Shown in pieces: positions 24,860 to 38,530 of a DNA stretch of 64,000 nt. Below the pieces are notes generated by a model. It was not told where the DNA came from. It did no database searches and saw nothing but the letters and a program-made list of their open reading frames with translations. Location of the stretch: NCBI GenBank assembly GCA_964016885.1, contig OZ024740.1:200260001-200324000 (forward strand). The letters are read 5' to 3'. Each line of letters starts with the position of its first letter. Position 1 is the stretch's first letter. The translations under genes and the position numbers were made by a program. This DNA comes from Eledone cirrhosa. Lineage: Eukaryota.

Positions 24860-26540
24860 ATTTTTATGTGAATACATTTTTTTCCGATTCCAACACGCCC
24901 ATACTCTCAATCTCTCTTATTTCTCATTCTTTCTTCTGGTGAAGGAGCAGCGTCCGAAACGTTAAGACCCCTTTTCTGCTATAGGAAGCGTTAAACTAAT
25001 ATATCCCTTCCATATACTGTACCGATTGTGTTGTTATTTCTGTTTACCTTTTACATACATATATACGTATGGTTTATGAACAAATATATCATATATGAAT
25101 AGATATTCATACTTTACTATTGTATTGTTATTGTTGTCATTATTGTGTATTAATTATTCTTTAAAGAAATATATAGCCAATGTTCAATTTATGAAGCAAC
25201 ACATTTCAGACAACACACTTTACGCTCTTCTCTTTACTGTCTGTCATTAAAAGCAGATAAAACCTATTTCACATTTCCAGAATTCTATAAAAGTTGTATG
25301 ACTATTTGTCAACTGATACAACTCTCATTTAACATTAGCGATTGTGTGTGCTAAAGCTCGATATATTCACATTATGAATATACTATTAATATAAATTGCA
25401 AGCTATAAGATCTTCAATGTGTATATAGGTGTATTGTCTGTTGTGTTTATTGTCTGTTGTGTGACTCCGGAATGAGTATGATGTACAACAAATTAATAAT
25501 ATACATTGACAAAAAGAATATACATATATATATATATATTCTTCATTCATAAAATGAAAGAGTAATTATTACATACGTTTATTCTTTTTGTCAATGTATA
25601 TTAGTGATTTGTTGTACATTATATATATATATACAAACTTTAGTACAGCATCATCGAAGCTCTGGTTGCAGCCAAGCTAACGAATGCAATCTCGGTGTAC
25701 AGTTAAGCACTCAATAGGGTATATTAGCCTAGGGTTATAACATTACGTTTAGACAGCTTTGCAAATTGAAGACAGCGACCGATAGACGGGCCGCAGTGAC
25801 CATAGCGACGAACAAAACTGAACTCAGGATAAACATTTGACTAACCTGGGCCATCGCATCGACATCCTACACAACACATGATATATACCATATAATATAC
25901 ATCATATATAATATATAATATCTCCGCTAGCTTTCTGTAAATCAGAAATCGACAAAGTCCACTTGCAGGTGTCTGCAAGTTAATGGTTTTTGGAAGATAG
26001 AACAAGGAATTTACTTCGTCAACAAGTTTTTCTTTCTCGTCTGCTCGGGTGTGAATGCTAGCAGAAAGCACTGCTAGAAGGCACATGGTTTTCCTGAAGG
26101 GAGGTAACCACCTGAATGGAATAGCAACATCACAACTTACAATTAAGGACAAAATGAAAACACACACACACATAGAACAAACAGTAACATCTAAATAAAC
26201 AAATAAATAAACAAATATAAACACACACAGACACCCGGATGTAACACATGCGCAAACTAAGCACACAACACACTCAAAAACAAGATGGCGTAGGACAGAA
26301 CAAAGGAGAGACACAAAAACAAAGAAAAGAATACCCAGTCACTGAAGAGGTCACAGAATGTGTGACGATAGAACTTTGACAATATATGAACAATCGTCTG
26401 GTTGTGGAACCAACCAACCAACCGGAAATTTATAAATTCTTAAATTTATAAATTTATTTATAATAAATTGAAGTGAAAGCTACTGGTGCGTGTGTTTCTT
26501 ATTGGCAACATGACCCTCCCAAAGCCTAACAATATATATA

Positions 26541-26592
<52 letters not shown>

Positions 26593-26972
26593 CGTATTGG
26601 AACATGTGTGAGATCCTTGTTACAGTTAGGTATATTTGAAACAAAGGAAAAGAATGACTTCACTTGTAGTTCTAAATAAATTAATTTAATTTTATATTAT
26701 AATATTATGAGTTGGTAGATCTAGTAAGTTCTTTCTTAACTTCGGTGGGAAGAATTTTAAAGATTTGTGGTTAACTTTCTTGGAGAACTTTCTCGCATTC
26801 ATCGGTGGCAATTGTCAAACTTAGATCAGGTTGTGTTGTGATGTTGGACTCTATATATAAGAGATATTTAGATGTGTCTGGGTGTGGGTGTGGTGTTAAT
26901 GAGTGTGAGAGTGGAGGAGTGTTGATGAAGATTGAAAGATATTAAAGCATACACACGCACGCACACACACGC

Positions 26973-27058
<86 letters not shown>

Positions 27059-27520
27059 ACATATATACACACTGACAATGGTGAATGTTGAGAGCAAGAT
27101 AAGGAGTTTAAGAAATTGGTTGTAAAAAATCCCCTCCTGCTGGTTTTATTTCAATAGATGACCTTTGATGAATATCATGGCAGGATGTTTTCGCTGAAAT
27201 AACTCTCTTAAATTTATAAAGAATATCTTCTACCAATTTCTAGATGAATTTATGTGCGTGGCTGGTGGTGGTGGTGTTGGTGGGTTTTAATGAGGTATAA
27301 GATACATGTCTTTTGATAAGAATCAGATGACAGTAAAAAGAAAAAAAAAAGGATAGTTTTGGAATAGATGTCAGAAATGTATGTTGTTGATATTGGTTTT
27401 GGGAGGGGACATGCTAGCTCACATATTCACGTCCCTATATGTAAATATATTTACAGTCCATATATATTACATACATACACACACACATCCACACACATAT
27501 CTACACATATATATATATAT

Positions 27521-27800
27521 ACTAACTGACGTACCCAGCCTCGCCCGGGTAAACAGATGAGAAGCGAAGACAGGTAAAAGAAAATGACTGTATTGGGTGT
27601 TTGTCTGGTTACAGTATGAGGCGAGTCCGTGGTGTCTGTGTGATACAAAAAACAGTAAAAAAATCTTCCAGATATAGCAGATATACCAGATCTTCTGCCT
27701 GACTGTAAAACGTGTATCATTGCATAGACGTGGTTGTTCCACGTTTCTCCAAAGGATGATGGAAGTTACACTCTTTTATATTATATGTAGATATAGATAT
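27521..27800 (-). mobile_element. Non-autonomous Helitron, copy 1
   Basis: Minus strand starts TCTATATCTACATATAATATAAAA and ends with hairpin ACCCGGGCGAGGCTGGGT plus (T)TAGT. Confidence 0.75.
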
Positions 27801-28567
27801 AGGTAATTAATATAAAAGATGTCCGTCAATGTAAAAAAGGTCCCTATTTACTTAAATGGTTTATACAAATGCCAAATTAAGATGGATATGGATAACATGC
27901 TCATCTATAAGAGGTCAGCTATAATAATAAAACAACAAATTATATGACACAAACATTTATTCAGTAATTTCCAGGCTCTTAGCCACTGAGTAATAGACAG
28001 TCAATGTTGCCCAGTGTTCAACTCGGGGAGGTGGCCTGGTTTGAACTCCAAATGGCGGATCCTTCTGATTTGAAAATAGAATCGTTTTTCAATATTACTC
28101 TAGCCCTGGCCGGCCATAGGATCCAACCTTTTTGCCAGACTCAGCACATGATGAGGTTTTATTACCACCGTACTCAGAAGCGACGCACGCAAACTTACAC
28201 ACGCACACACTCACACATGTTGATAGTTTTTACTTTCTGTGGAACGCTGCACGCGCGCACACACACATAAACATACGCACACGTACATAGACACGCACAC
28301 ATGTTAATAGTTATTGCTTTCCTTCCCCTCTTATTTCCACACAGATACACATATCTCTACACTGACACATATACATAGTTTATCCAACACAGCGTTCACT
28401 TTGTCTCTCTGTTTCTTACTCTGCCCTCTCACTTCCTCGTTGGCATTATGCATATTAATTTAAGTTTGGCATCGTTGAGGTGGGCGGAGTCGTTTGAAAA
28501 CTATGAACCAATGATAATCGAGAATTATGACACACGGAATACTGATATTGTTGAAATTAATATATAG

Positions 28568-28925
28568 ACTAGCTGACGTACCCAGCTTCGCCCGGGTAAA
28601 CAGATAATAGAAGACAGGTAAAAGAGAAAATTACTGTATTGGATGTTTGTCTGGTTACAGTATGAGGCGAGTCTGTGGTGTCTGTGTGATACAGAAAACA
28701 GTAAACAAAAATTTTCCAGATATACCAGATTCTTCGTTGTACCGTTTGTGCCTAGTATATGAACAATTCTAGGTGCTCCCACTTAGAATAGTGACCTCTA
28801 GGAGATGGTTCATCTACTGCCTGGCTGTAAAATGTGTATCATTGCATAGACATGGTTGTTCCACGTTTCTCAAAAGGATGATGGAAGTTCCAATCTTTTA
28901 TATTATATGTAGATATAGATATAGA
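28568..28925 (-). mobile_element. Non-autonomous Helitron, copy 2
   Basis: Direct repeat of copy 1 with about 85 bp extra; ends ACCCGGGCGAAGCTGGGTACGTCAGCTAG|T. Confidence 0.8.
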
Positions 28926-29399
28926 TAAATAATATAAAAGATATCCGTCAATGTAAAAAAAGGTCCCTATTTGACATTGTTGAAATTAATATATAGATAT
29001 ATACACACACACACACACACATACATATACACACCCATGCATACACATATATATACACATACATATATATATACACCTTGACACAAATATATATATATAC
29101 ATATACATACACACCCCCACACATGGATGTACATACATACGCACACACATACACACACACACACACATATGTATATACACATTTGCACACATACATATCC
29201 GTACACCTACAGACATATATACAAATACATCTACACACACATATATGTACACACAGCTACTCAAGTATTTAAGTTCACATATACATTGGTGTAGGAAAGG
29301 GGGAATTAATGAAATGTTAGTGTACCTCTTAGGGTTTCTCTTCTCTTCAACGATCGAATATTTGAAAGTATGGGTGTCATCAACTTCTATTTTTCCTTC

Positions 29400-30150
29400 A
29401 CAATATGAGATTTTTAAAGAAAAGAGAGAGAGGGGAGAATCTCGTTACTTGAAGATTGAATATCACTTTTTTGTGTTCTGCAGTGGTTTGTACTTTCTAA
29501 TAAAGAATTCATCTTTATATTTTCGGAAATGTTCGTTGTACGACCATATCTTAAAGAAGGGGAAATTGTGAATATTCCATTTCCGCATGTTGCCAGAGGG
29601 GTCTCTAATTTGTTGTTTATGTGCTCGAACTCTGTCATCTAGACCCGTTCCGGTTTCACCAATGTAGTATTCGTTACATTGTGGGCAGATTGCACAGTAA
29701 ATCAAGTTTTTGCTTTTGCAATTTATGTTTGCATTAACTGTGAAAAACTGGTTGTTTTTAAAGGAGATTTGTCCACCCTCTTCAATGTGTTCGCAAGTTC
29801 CGCATTGAGGGTCCCCCCCCGCATTTCTTAACTTGCATTGCTTCATTATTAGACGAACATTTTGCCTTGGTAAGCACTTTCTTTAGGTTGCGTGCTTGGC
29901 GTCTACTATATATAATTTGCGAGTCTTTTATGAGTGGATTCAATTTAGGAGACTGCTGGAGGATCAGGCGATATTGATTAGAGACTTTCACAATGTTGAA
30001 GTTCCTTGGATTGTGAGTGATGACAAAAGGGATAACTGTTTTTTCCATTTTATTTTGTTTCTTTGTTTCTCTCAATGTTATCACTGGGATGTTCTGGGCT
30101 TTGGAGATGGTTGTGTTGAAGAGGTTCTTGTTTTTAAGGAACTTGTAGCG
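29400..30150 (-). mobile_element. Penelope-like element 3' fragment (linker plus GIY-YIG)
   Basis: IPFVITHNP..RRQARNLKKVL..CGTC..NCKSKNLIYCAICPQCNEYYIGETG..RVRAH. Confidence 0.92.
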
Positions 30151-30161
30151 AATGTTCCAGT

Positions 30162-31048
30162 TGTAACGGATAAGTTAATAGATGGAATTGTCGGTATGAT
30201 GGTTTCAATTCAAATAATTGTTTCGACTTTTGGCACAAAGCCAGCAATTACCCAGTACATTACTGGTATTTTATTTTATCGACCCTGTAAGGATGAAAGG
30301 CAAAGTGAACTTCGGTGGGATTTGAACTCAGACCGTAAAGGGACATAACTATGCTGGAAAGCTTGGCGTCCGACTCTCTACAGAGACTGCTGCAAATAAC
30401 AATACCAGGATTGTGTTGTTACAATGTTTATTTTATTATAATAATATTCAATTTGAATATTGAATGATAAAGTCTACAACATGAAATATTCGTACAATAA
30501 GTAGGTGGCTCTTCCAGCCACGTAAATCACAGAATACGATTATCATATAATTGTATTGTATCCGAAAGATACAATCTGACAAACAGAAATGGTGCGTGTG
30601 AAATGAAAACAATGTGAACTTACTATGTGTGCGTGTGTGCGTATAGAGTATACTTTCTTGTTTTAGCAGTAGTAGTAATCACTCAGCCCGGCGTGTAAGG
30701 CGTGTGAGAAAATAGTGGACAGACGTTTTTCGTGAAGAGAGATTTGATGGCGTAGCTGAAATGTCCGTTCTTGTCTGTGGTATCACTTTTTCTGCCTTGT
30801 ATTTATAAAGGTTGAAGTTAGAAGGAGAGATATATCCTCTGACCTTTGGTTAGAATATCCCAATGGGTTGGTCTGCCGGCGTAAACAACTTAGAAGGATG
30901 GACCTCTTTTTTTGCCAGGCGTAAACAAGATCTGACCTGTGTTTATTATCTCCCAAGGGGTTGGTCTGCCGGGTATAAACAACTAACCACGGCTTGTCAC
31001 AGAGGCGGGAAAGCTCAGATTCGGTTTCGAATCTTCGCCACCGTTATA
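30162..31048 (-). repeat. 3' LTR (contains a SINE A insertion at about 30215-30392)
   Basis: Homologous to 35483-35866; preceded on minus strand by purine tract GGAAGAGGAGT at about 31051-31061. Confidence 0.8.
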
Positions 31049-31383
31049 GTACTCCTCTTCCAGTGAGAAAGCTAAAGAATGAACGGCCTAGGTGTATGTG
31101 AAATTAAGATAGGTATGACTAGGTGTATTGTTGAAGAAAATCAGAACAAAAATACATTAAAGTCATTTACAAACAGGCGAAATGAAAGAAAACATGCAAA
31201 GCAAAAACAATTTGCTTGCAGGAAAATGTACTGTGATGTTACATAATATTGAAAATGTTCATAGAAATGGAAAAATGTTCTTTTGTCTGTTCTTTTGGTG
31301 TGTATGATGCACAGAGTCAATTGATTTGTGTGTAGCAATAGTTCATGACCACAGAATTTGGCCGTTTCGTTGAAATGTACAAA

Positions 31384-32554
31384 TTAGCCGAAATGTCGAC
31401 CAGGTGCATAACTTGTACTTACCCAATAAACTTGTACGTATCGCATGGGCCATCGGACTGTTCTTCCAGATTTGTTGTTTCGGGGTTGTGCAGAATTTGT
31501 CGTATTTGTAACGGGCAAAGTTGTTGGTGAGTCTGCTGGAAAGACGGTGGGTACTGGTGGCAAATCCTGTTCTATGAAACCTTTTTTTAAACGGTCAATG
31601 GAGACGGTATTTTGTTTCCAGTTCAAGTCGAGGACGAAATAATTAGGGCGTTTCTGTATCACCTTATAGGGTCCGGAATACGGCGGACGATGTTGCGATG
31701 GAATACCGTCATTTCTAACGAAACATGCGTCCATGTATCGATGTCTTTTGGTATGTGTGAGGTAACGTGCCGTTGTTTAGGGGTTGAAGGAGACAGATGC
31801 GACATCGATGACCGTAAATGGTGCACATATTTGTTGGGTCTGGAAGTTCTTGTGGCGAAACAGGAGCGATCATTTTCCCGGGTAGAGCGAGTACGGTGCC
31901 ATAAACCATTTCAGGCGGAGAATGTCCGACCCCGTCCTTAACAGTGGAACGAATACCGATGAGAATGAGTGGGAGGTATTCGAACCAGCTAATGGAGTCT
32001 GCGTAAGCCTTGCTGGCTGCTTTTAGCTGACGGTGGAAACGTTCTACCATGCCGTTAGATGCAGGGTGATACGCTGTTGTACGGATGTGTTTACACCCGA
32101 GGAGACGAGTTAGCTCGGTAAAGCGGTGCGAATCAAACTGACGTCCTCTATCCGTTGTGATGGTCGCGGATGTTACGAAACGCGAAACCCAGCGAAACAC
32201 TAGCGTTTTGGCGACAGTTTCTGTGGTAATATCCGTCAGGGAAAAAGCTTCTGGCCAGCGAGAAAATCGGTCGACACAATTTAGAAGATGAGTGAAGTTG
32301 TGAGAAGGAGGCAAAGGTCCAACGATGTCTATGTGCACATGCTGGAACCGTGCATCAGGTGTTGCGAAAGAACCGATGTGCCAGTGAATTTTCGCCTTCT
32401 GGCACGCGATACAGTTCCTAGCCCATTCGCGGGTGTCCTTGTTGATGTTGGGCCACACAAAGCGGGCAACCATCAATTTCTTCATGGCACGAACGCTGGG
32501 ATGTGCCAGAGAATGCAGTGCCGAAAAAACGTCGCCTCCATGTTTCCGGGGCAC
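31384..32554 (-). pseudogene. pol: Gypsy integrase with GPY/F tail (frameshifted)
   Basis: [44 protein letters not shown]. Confidence 0.95.
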
Positions 32555-32593
32555 GTATAGGTGCTCGTGGCTTGTGGAGATGTTGTACCAAAT

Positions 32594-34570
32594 CTAACCT
32601 AAAGAAGAGGGCAGCGGGCATTCCTGCAATTTCAAGGATGATTTCCGGAGCTGCAGCAGTTCCTCGTCATTCTGTTGATCCGCTGCAATCTTCTGGAGAT
32701 CGATAGTGGCAGTGGTGTGGATTGCGTTAAGCTCCATGCGCGATAGGGCATCAGCTGCTGTGTTGGTGGCGCCCTTAATGTACCGAATATCAATAGTGTA
32801 CTGATAAATGAAGTCTAGATGTCGGACCTCCCTGGGTGAATGTCGGTCAGGCTTGGCGTTGAACGCGTACACTAGTGGTTTGTGGTCGGTGTATATGGAG
32901 AACACCTGACCTTCTAGCATGTGTCGAAAATGCTTGACAGCAAGGTTTGCTGCCAATAATTTACGACTGAATGTGCTGTACTTAGATCCGGCGCGTTTTA
33001 ATTGCTTAGAGGAAAAAGATACAGGTTGCCAAATATCGCCAGAGAGTTGTTGAAGCATACCTCCAACTCCGAAATCGGATGCATCAGTCAATAAACACAT
33101 TGGGCGTCAGGTTTGGGGTAACTCAGCATTATAGCCTCGGACAACATTTTCTTCAACTCAGCGAAAGCGGTACATTCTTTTTCGCTGAGATTGATGTTTG
33201 CGTTTTTGGTTGTACGCTGCCGCAGCAAATCTGTGAGCGGTTGGGCTGTCTGTGCACAGTGGGGTATAAATATTCTGTAGAAGTTTACCAGGCCAAGACA
33301 TTCTCACAGTTTGCGGAGAGATGTGGGCTGTAGTAAATCAATGTTGGATTTGACCTTCTCCGTAAGTGGGCGAATGCCATCTTCATCAATGATGTGTCCC
33401 AGAAAATGAAGGGACGCAACTCCGAACTCACATTTGCTGGGGTTGATAACAATTCCGTATTCACGCGAACGTGCGAATAGCAGGTGCAGGTGTCTCTCAT
33501 GTTCTTCATCAGAGCCGCTGGCCACCAGTAAGTCGTCGATGTATGCGTACACAAAAGGTAGACCTCTGGTGACTGTATCGATGAATCGTTGGAATGTCTG
33601 CGCTGCATTACGCAAACCGAAAGTCATACGCAGGAATTCGAACATTCCAAAGGGTATTGTGACGGCGGTCTTAGGAACATCAGCGGACTCCACAGGTATC
33701 TGATTGTAAGCTCGCACAAGATCGATCTTCGAAAATATGGGAGCTCCGTGTAACGAACTAGAGAAGTCCTGTAGATGAGGCACTGGATAAGAGTCAGACA
33801 CGGTGCAGTTGTTCAGTGCACGGTCGTTGCCACAGATTCGGCAGTCGTTTGACGACTTCTTGGGTACACAATGTATGGGTGAGGACCAGTTGCTGCTGTA
33901 CGGACGTATGATGCCGAGATCCAGCATGTGTTGAAATTCTTGTCTGACGGACTTCAGACGGTCTGGTGGTAGCCTTCTAGGTCGTGCAGCGACAGGTGGG
34001 CCGTGTGTTTTTATGTGGTGGGTGACGTCATGTTTTACAGGACAGGCGTTGAATACTGGTCGAGCTACGTCTGGGTATTTGTTGATTATATGATTGTGCC
34101 GGGTTGTTGTTGCTGATCGTGAAATGACTGAACTGACTGTGGCTCTCCAAGCGGCTATGCCGCGCACAGCGAGACCAGTGGAGTTGTCAACGAGTCGTTG
34201 GTTTTTCAGGTCCACTAGCAGTGAGAAGTGCTGAAGAAAATCAGCTCCTAAAATAGGGGTCGGCAGCTTAGCCTCAACGAATACCCACTGGAAAGTGCGG
34301 CATAGTCCCAAATTTAGTGACAGGGACTGCTCTCCGTAGGTCGGAATATGTGAATGATTCACCGCAAGGAACCATGCTGGTGTTTCTTTCCTTTTTTCCA
34401 AGAACGCAGCAAACCTGGATGATGCTGACTTCAGCACCGGTGTAGACAAGGAAGCGCGTACCTGTGATGCGATCCTGAATGAAAAATGTGCGACTTTGAT
34501 TATTTGGGCCAGATAAGATCGTCGCATTCAGTTTTCTGGCTGTGTCGTTTCCCTGATTCGACATCGACAC
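32594..34570 (-). pseudogene. pol: Gypsy protease-RT-RNase H (frameshifted)
   Basis: FLVYTGAEVS (DTG mutated), ILGADFL, FGLRNAAQTFQR, YIDDLLV, LTDASD, TDHKPL, ADALSR. Confidence 0.95.
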
Positions 34571-34599
34571 ATATGAACATGGATGGCTGCACTTCCGCG

Positions 34600-35411
34600 C
34601 CGGTCTTCCGAATTTTTGCTGGTATCAACACATTTATGGTGAATCCCGGGATGCGCTCGAACTTCTTGAGCGACCACCAGATCGCTGAGTTCGACTGTTA
34701 GACCGACGCGTGGCAGGGTTATCCAGTGACAAGGCCTGAATTTGTTGCGTCAAAGCCTGTATCTGTGTTGCTTGCTGTGCCAGTAACTGGTGTAGATCGG
34801 GCATCTCTGTGGCACTGGAGGGCTGAAAGAAAGGATTGGTAGAAGGCACGGCTGGCGTCACAATCGCTAAAGTTGAGTGAGGATGTGTTACCTCCAGGAT
34901 CTTATCAGCCAGCTCAGCGAGTTCTTCAATAGTGGCGGACTCGCTGATGGAGGCTAAGACAACTTCTGTGGCAGAAGGCAAACGCTGGAGGAAGAGTTGC
35001 TTGAAAATTTCATCCGGGAGTTTATGTTCTCCCAGGAGCTGCTTCATTCACCGTAGGAGTTGCGTCGGCTTTTTATCTCCTAATTCCTCCGATATGAGGA
35101 GCTGGTGCAAGCGCTTCTGCTGCGACTCCGACGTCCTCTTAATTAATGTCGTGTTAAATGAGGTCATATGACACAGAGCCGGGTGGTGCTCAAATGAGGT
35201 CTCTAACCTTGTTCATAATCTCCGGAGACATCGAGCTAATGACATCTGTTAGACGAGATGCCCCGATAACGATCCGGTTCGATGAGAACTGCGCTTCTAT
35301 GTGCGCGAACCACAGTGTTGGATCGTGCACACAAAGTGTTGGTATTCTTAATGTAAACTCCGCCCGGACTGCCATTTCTGCCGTAGACGAATCGTCGTGT
35401 GTTAGAGACAT
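34600..35411 (-). pseudogene. gag: Gypsy gag
   Basis: DPTLWFAHIEAQF, QLFLQRLP, LAELADKI; disrupted. Confidence 0.88.
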
Positions 35412-35451
35412 CGTTTGTAGTGAATAATCAGAAGGTTGTGTGGCTGTTTCA

Positions 35452-35462
35452 TGGGGTCACCA
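35452..35462 (-). promoter_or_regulatory. Primer binding site, tRNA-Trp-type
   Basis: Minus strand ...TGTTACA-AC-TGGTGACCCCA, complementary to a GGGGTCACCA tRNA 3' end. Confidence 0.75.
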
Positions 35463-35464
35463 GT

Positions 35465-35866
35465 TGTAACAAATAATATAGTTGTAACAGATAAGTGAAT
35501 AGAATGGGTTGTTAGTATGATGGTTTCAATGGAAAGAATAATACCAGGATTATGTTGTTACAATGTTTATTTTATTATAACAATATTCATTTGAATATTG
35601 GATGATAAAATCTATAACATGAAATATTCGTACAATAAGTTGGTGGCTCTTCGAGTCACGTAAATACAAGTATCACAGAATACGATTATAATATAATTGT
35701 AGTGTATCTGAAAGATACAATCTGACAAACAGAAATGGTGCGTGTGAAATGAAAACAGTGTGAACTTACTATGTGTACGTGTGTGAGTATTAGTATATTT
35801 TCTTGTTTTAGCAGTAGTAGTAATCACTCAGCCCGGCGTGTAAAGCGTGTGAGAAAATAGTGGACA
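35465..35866 (-). repeat. 5' LTR, truncated
   Basis: Matches 30162-30720 without the SINE; similarity stops at aatagtggaca. Confidence 0.85.
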
Positions 35867-36820
35867 AGTTTTACATGTAATTATCAGAATTCCTAGAATA
35901 AGGATGAACAAAAAAAACAAATACCCCATTAAGCATATCATAAAGCAGGAGAGACCATAAAGGTTTCAGAGATGAATGTTTAGAACATGAGTTTAAAAGA
36001 ACTGTTAGTTTATGTTTTCAACCTCGTAAGGAGGATAGGGAGTCCCGAGCAAAAGTTGAACAGGGGGATCGATTATCTCTCAGAATTACGCAATGTAATG
36101 CTGTGAGAATGTGGCAGGAGGGATACACTTTTCAGTATTTCCGTTATCAGAAGCTAGGATTATTTAACTTAGCCGGGGCATTTCGATTATCTATGAGAAA
36201 ATAAGATTATCTATGAGAAAATCTGGCGGTAGAGATACGTAGATATTTTAATTTTCTTCTAGTTACTAAAAGTGATAATGTGAGATTTCGAGAGGTTTTC
36301 AAGGAATCGAGCTTCTAGTTGCAAAGTAATGGTAAAATGCAAGGGGGAAGGAGGTGACGTATATGTATATTATCATTTTTATCTGTACACACACATATAT
36401 ATATATATATGAAACAAAGGAATTGTCGTAAGGAACCAGATGGACCATAGAGAGAGAGAAAGAGAGAGAGAATTAGTTATTTGTACAGTTAGGAAGGAAA
36501 ATAAATAAATGTAAATTTTAGTCTTTAATAATTGATAGAATTACCGAACCCGGTATCCAACGACGTAAAACACTTCAGCAATACGTAAATGTAAAGTAGG
36601 TAATACCATAAAGATTCTAAAAGTTAATATTTGCAATATAACTTTTAAAAATATTTAACATTTTGAACAATCTCAGTGGTTAAGTGCTACAACTGCCGGT
36701 TATATAATTGTATAACTGCTAATTTTAATTGGCAAAGACTGTCCTGAGTTGAATCTCCTCGCGCCGAAAATAATAAGAGGAACATTTTTTTTCTGGTTTT
36801 GCCAGCTAGAAGAATGTAGT

Positions 36821-37078
36821 GGAAGCACCGCTCGCCTTGGAAGCTCTAGCTGTGGTTCAGTGGCTATAGCTTACTTCGGCTTTGCTGTGCTAGGAGCACC
36901 GCTCGCCTAGGGGGCTCTCGCTGTGGTTCTGTGGCTAGAGCCACCTTCGGCTTACCTGCTCTAGAACCACCGCTCGCCTTGGAAGATCTAGCTGTGGTTG
37001 TGTGGCTATATCATCCGTCGGCTTTGCAGTGCTGAAGCCGAGCTCGTCTCGGAGTGTCTAGCTGTGTGTCTTGGCCAT
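36821..37078. repeat. GC-rich 71-bp minisatellite, about 3.6 units
   Basis: caccgctcgcct at 36826, 36897, 36968; degenerate fourth unit. Confidence 0.92.
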
Positions 37079-37356
37079 ATATATATAGACAGGGAGATAG
37101 AGAGTGAGAGAGAATGAGTGTGAAATAATCCACTATCATTTTTGTAAGTAGCGTCAAGCTCAATGCGATATTAAATTCGATAGCATTCAAGAATCCCAGT
37201 CAAAGCAGTATTTTGATGAGTTACGATACAGGTAGATGAAGTCTGTGAAAATTGCAGATTTAATGCATTAATGCAAAAGGAAGTGCAACGTGAAATGCGA
37301 ACAACAACCTAGATTTTCCTTTTGGATTAAATATATATATGTATATATATATATAA

Positions 37357-38260
37357 CAACTAGAAATAGATTGATATATATATATATATAAAATAAACAT
37401 ATAAATCAAGCGCAGGGAATAATTTGTAAAGAATGTAAGCACACATAACTAGGAAGGTAACTAATTAAAGTTTAGCTAGAACTTCAAATATAAAATGATT
37501 AATCTCCTTTGTATATATTTCTTTCAGTAAGAAATATATTCCACCAATTAATCTGTAAATCACAGTATTCAAATTACGGATGGTCACCAAAGGAGAAGAA
37601 GATCTGCGTTTACAAAGCCAATGCAAATCTGTGAATGACTCGAACCACGTGTTGCATTTTTAAAAAAATACACACATTGCACAACCCTTAATTTTAATTT
37701 TGGATATATATATATATATACGGCCCCTTGATTGTTGAGCTAATTCAATTGAATAGACTCGGATGCTATTTCTGGCTGTTCATGGTCCTATTCACGCCAC
37801 TGGGATGACGCTGTGCAATGTGTGTATTTTTTTTTAAATGCAACACGTGGTTCGAGTCATTCACAGATTTGCATTTGCGTTGTAAACGCAGATAGTTATC
37901 TTCTTTGGTGACCCTCCGGGAAATTGACTACTGTGATTTACGGATTAATTGCTGAAATATATTTCTTACTTAAAGAAATATATACAAAGGAGATTAATCA
38001 TTTTAAAAGGTATCTATATTTGAAGTTCTAGTTAAACTTTAATTAGTTACCTACCTAGCTATGTGTGCTTACATTCTTTACAAATTATTCCCTGTGATTG
38101 TTTCATATGTTTATTTTATATATATATATATGTATGTCAATCTATTTCTAGTTGATATGTAATGCTCAGATCTATTCATTGGAATATTTGAGCTTATTTA
38201 CAGTGGATATGGTGCATGTCTCTCAGACATGACAACCCTTAATTTTAATTTTGGATATAT
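37357..38260. repeat. Inverted repeat, arms about 330 bp (PLE-terminus-like)
   Basis: 37357-37683 versus 37812-38154; acaacccttaattttaattttgga(ta)n repeated directly at 37681 and about 38232. Confidence 0.88.
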
Positions 38261-38530
38261 ATATATATATATATATAACTTCAAAATATTAATAAATATA
38301 GGCATTCATGTGATCAAATATATTTTATTATATATATTTCAGAGGTACTGAGCTGTTTCCTCAGTACGTCCTCATCAAATAAAATTAATTTATGTCTTAC
38401 ATACCTCAATTGTGCTGATGGTTCAATTCCAGTTTTGGCAGTATTGTAAAATCTATTGTAAAACTATACTCATTGATTAATCAATGAACCTTGTTAAACC
38501 TTTGTGTGTGTGTGTGTAAGTATTTTGTGC

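Larger units (their letters stand above)
30162..35866 (-). mobile_element. Gypsy/Ty3 LTR retrotransposon, degraded
   Basis: gag-PR-RT-RH-IN order on minus strand, two homologous LTRs, PBS and PPT. Confidence 0.95.

Noticed and set aside
26600-27400. Possible retroelement coding remnant on the minus strand
   Set aside because: No diagnostic motif could be read with confidence.
31384-35411. Active Gypsy element
   Set aside because: Multiple frameshifts, a mutated protease catalytic Asp and a truncated LTR.
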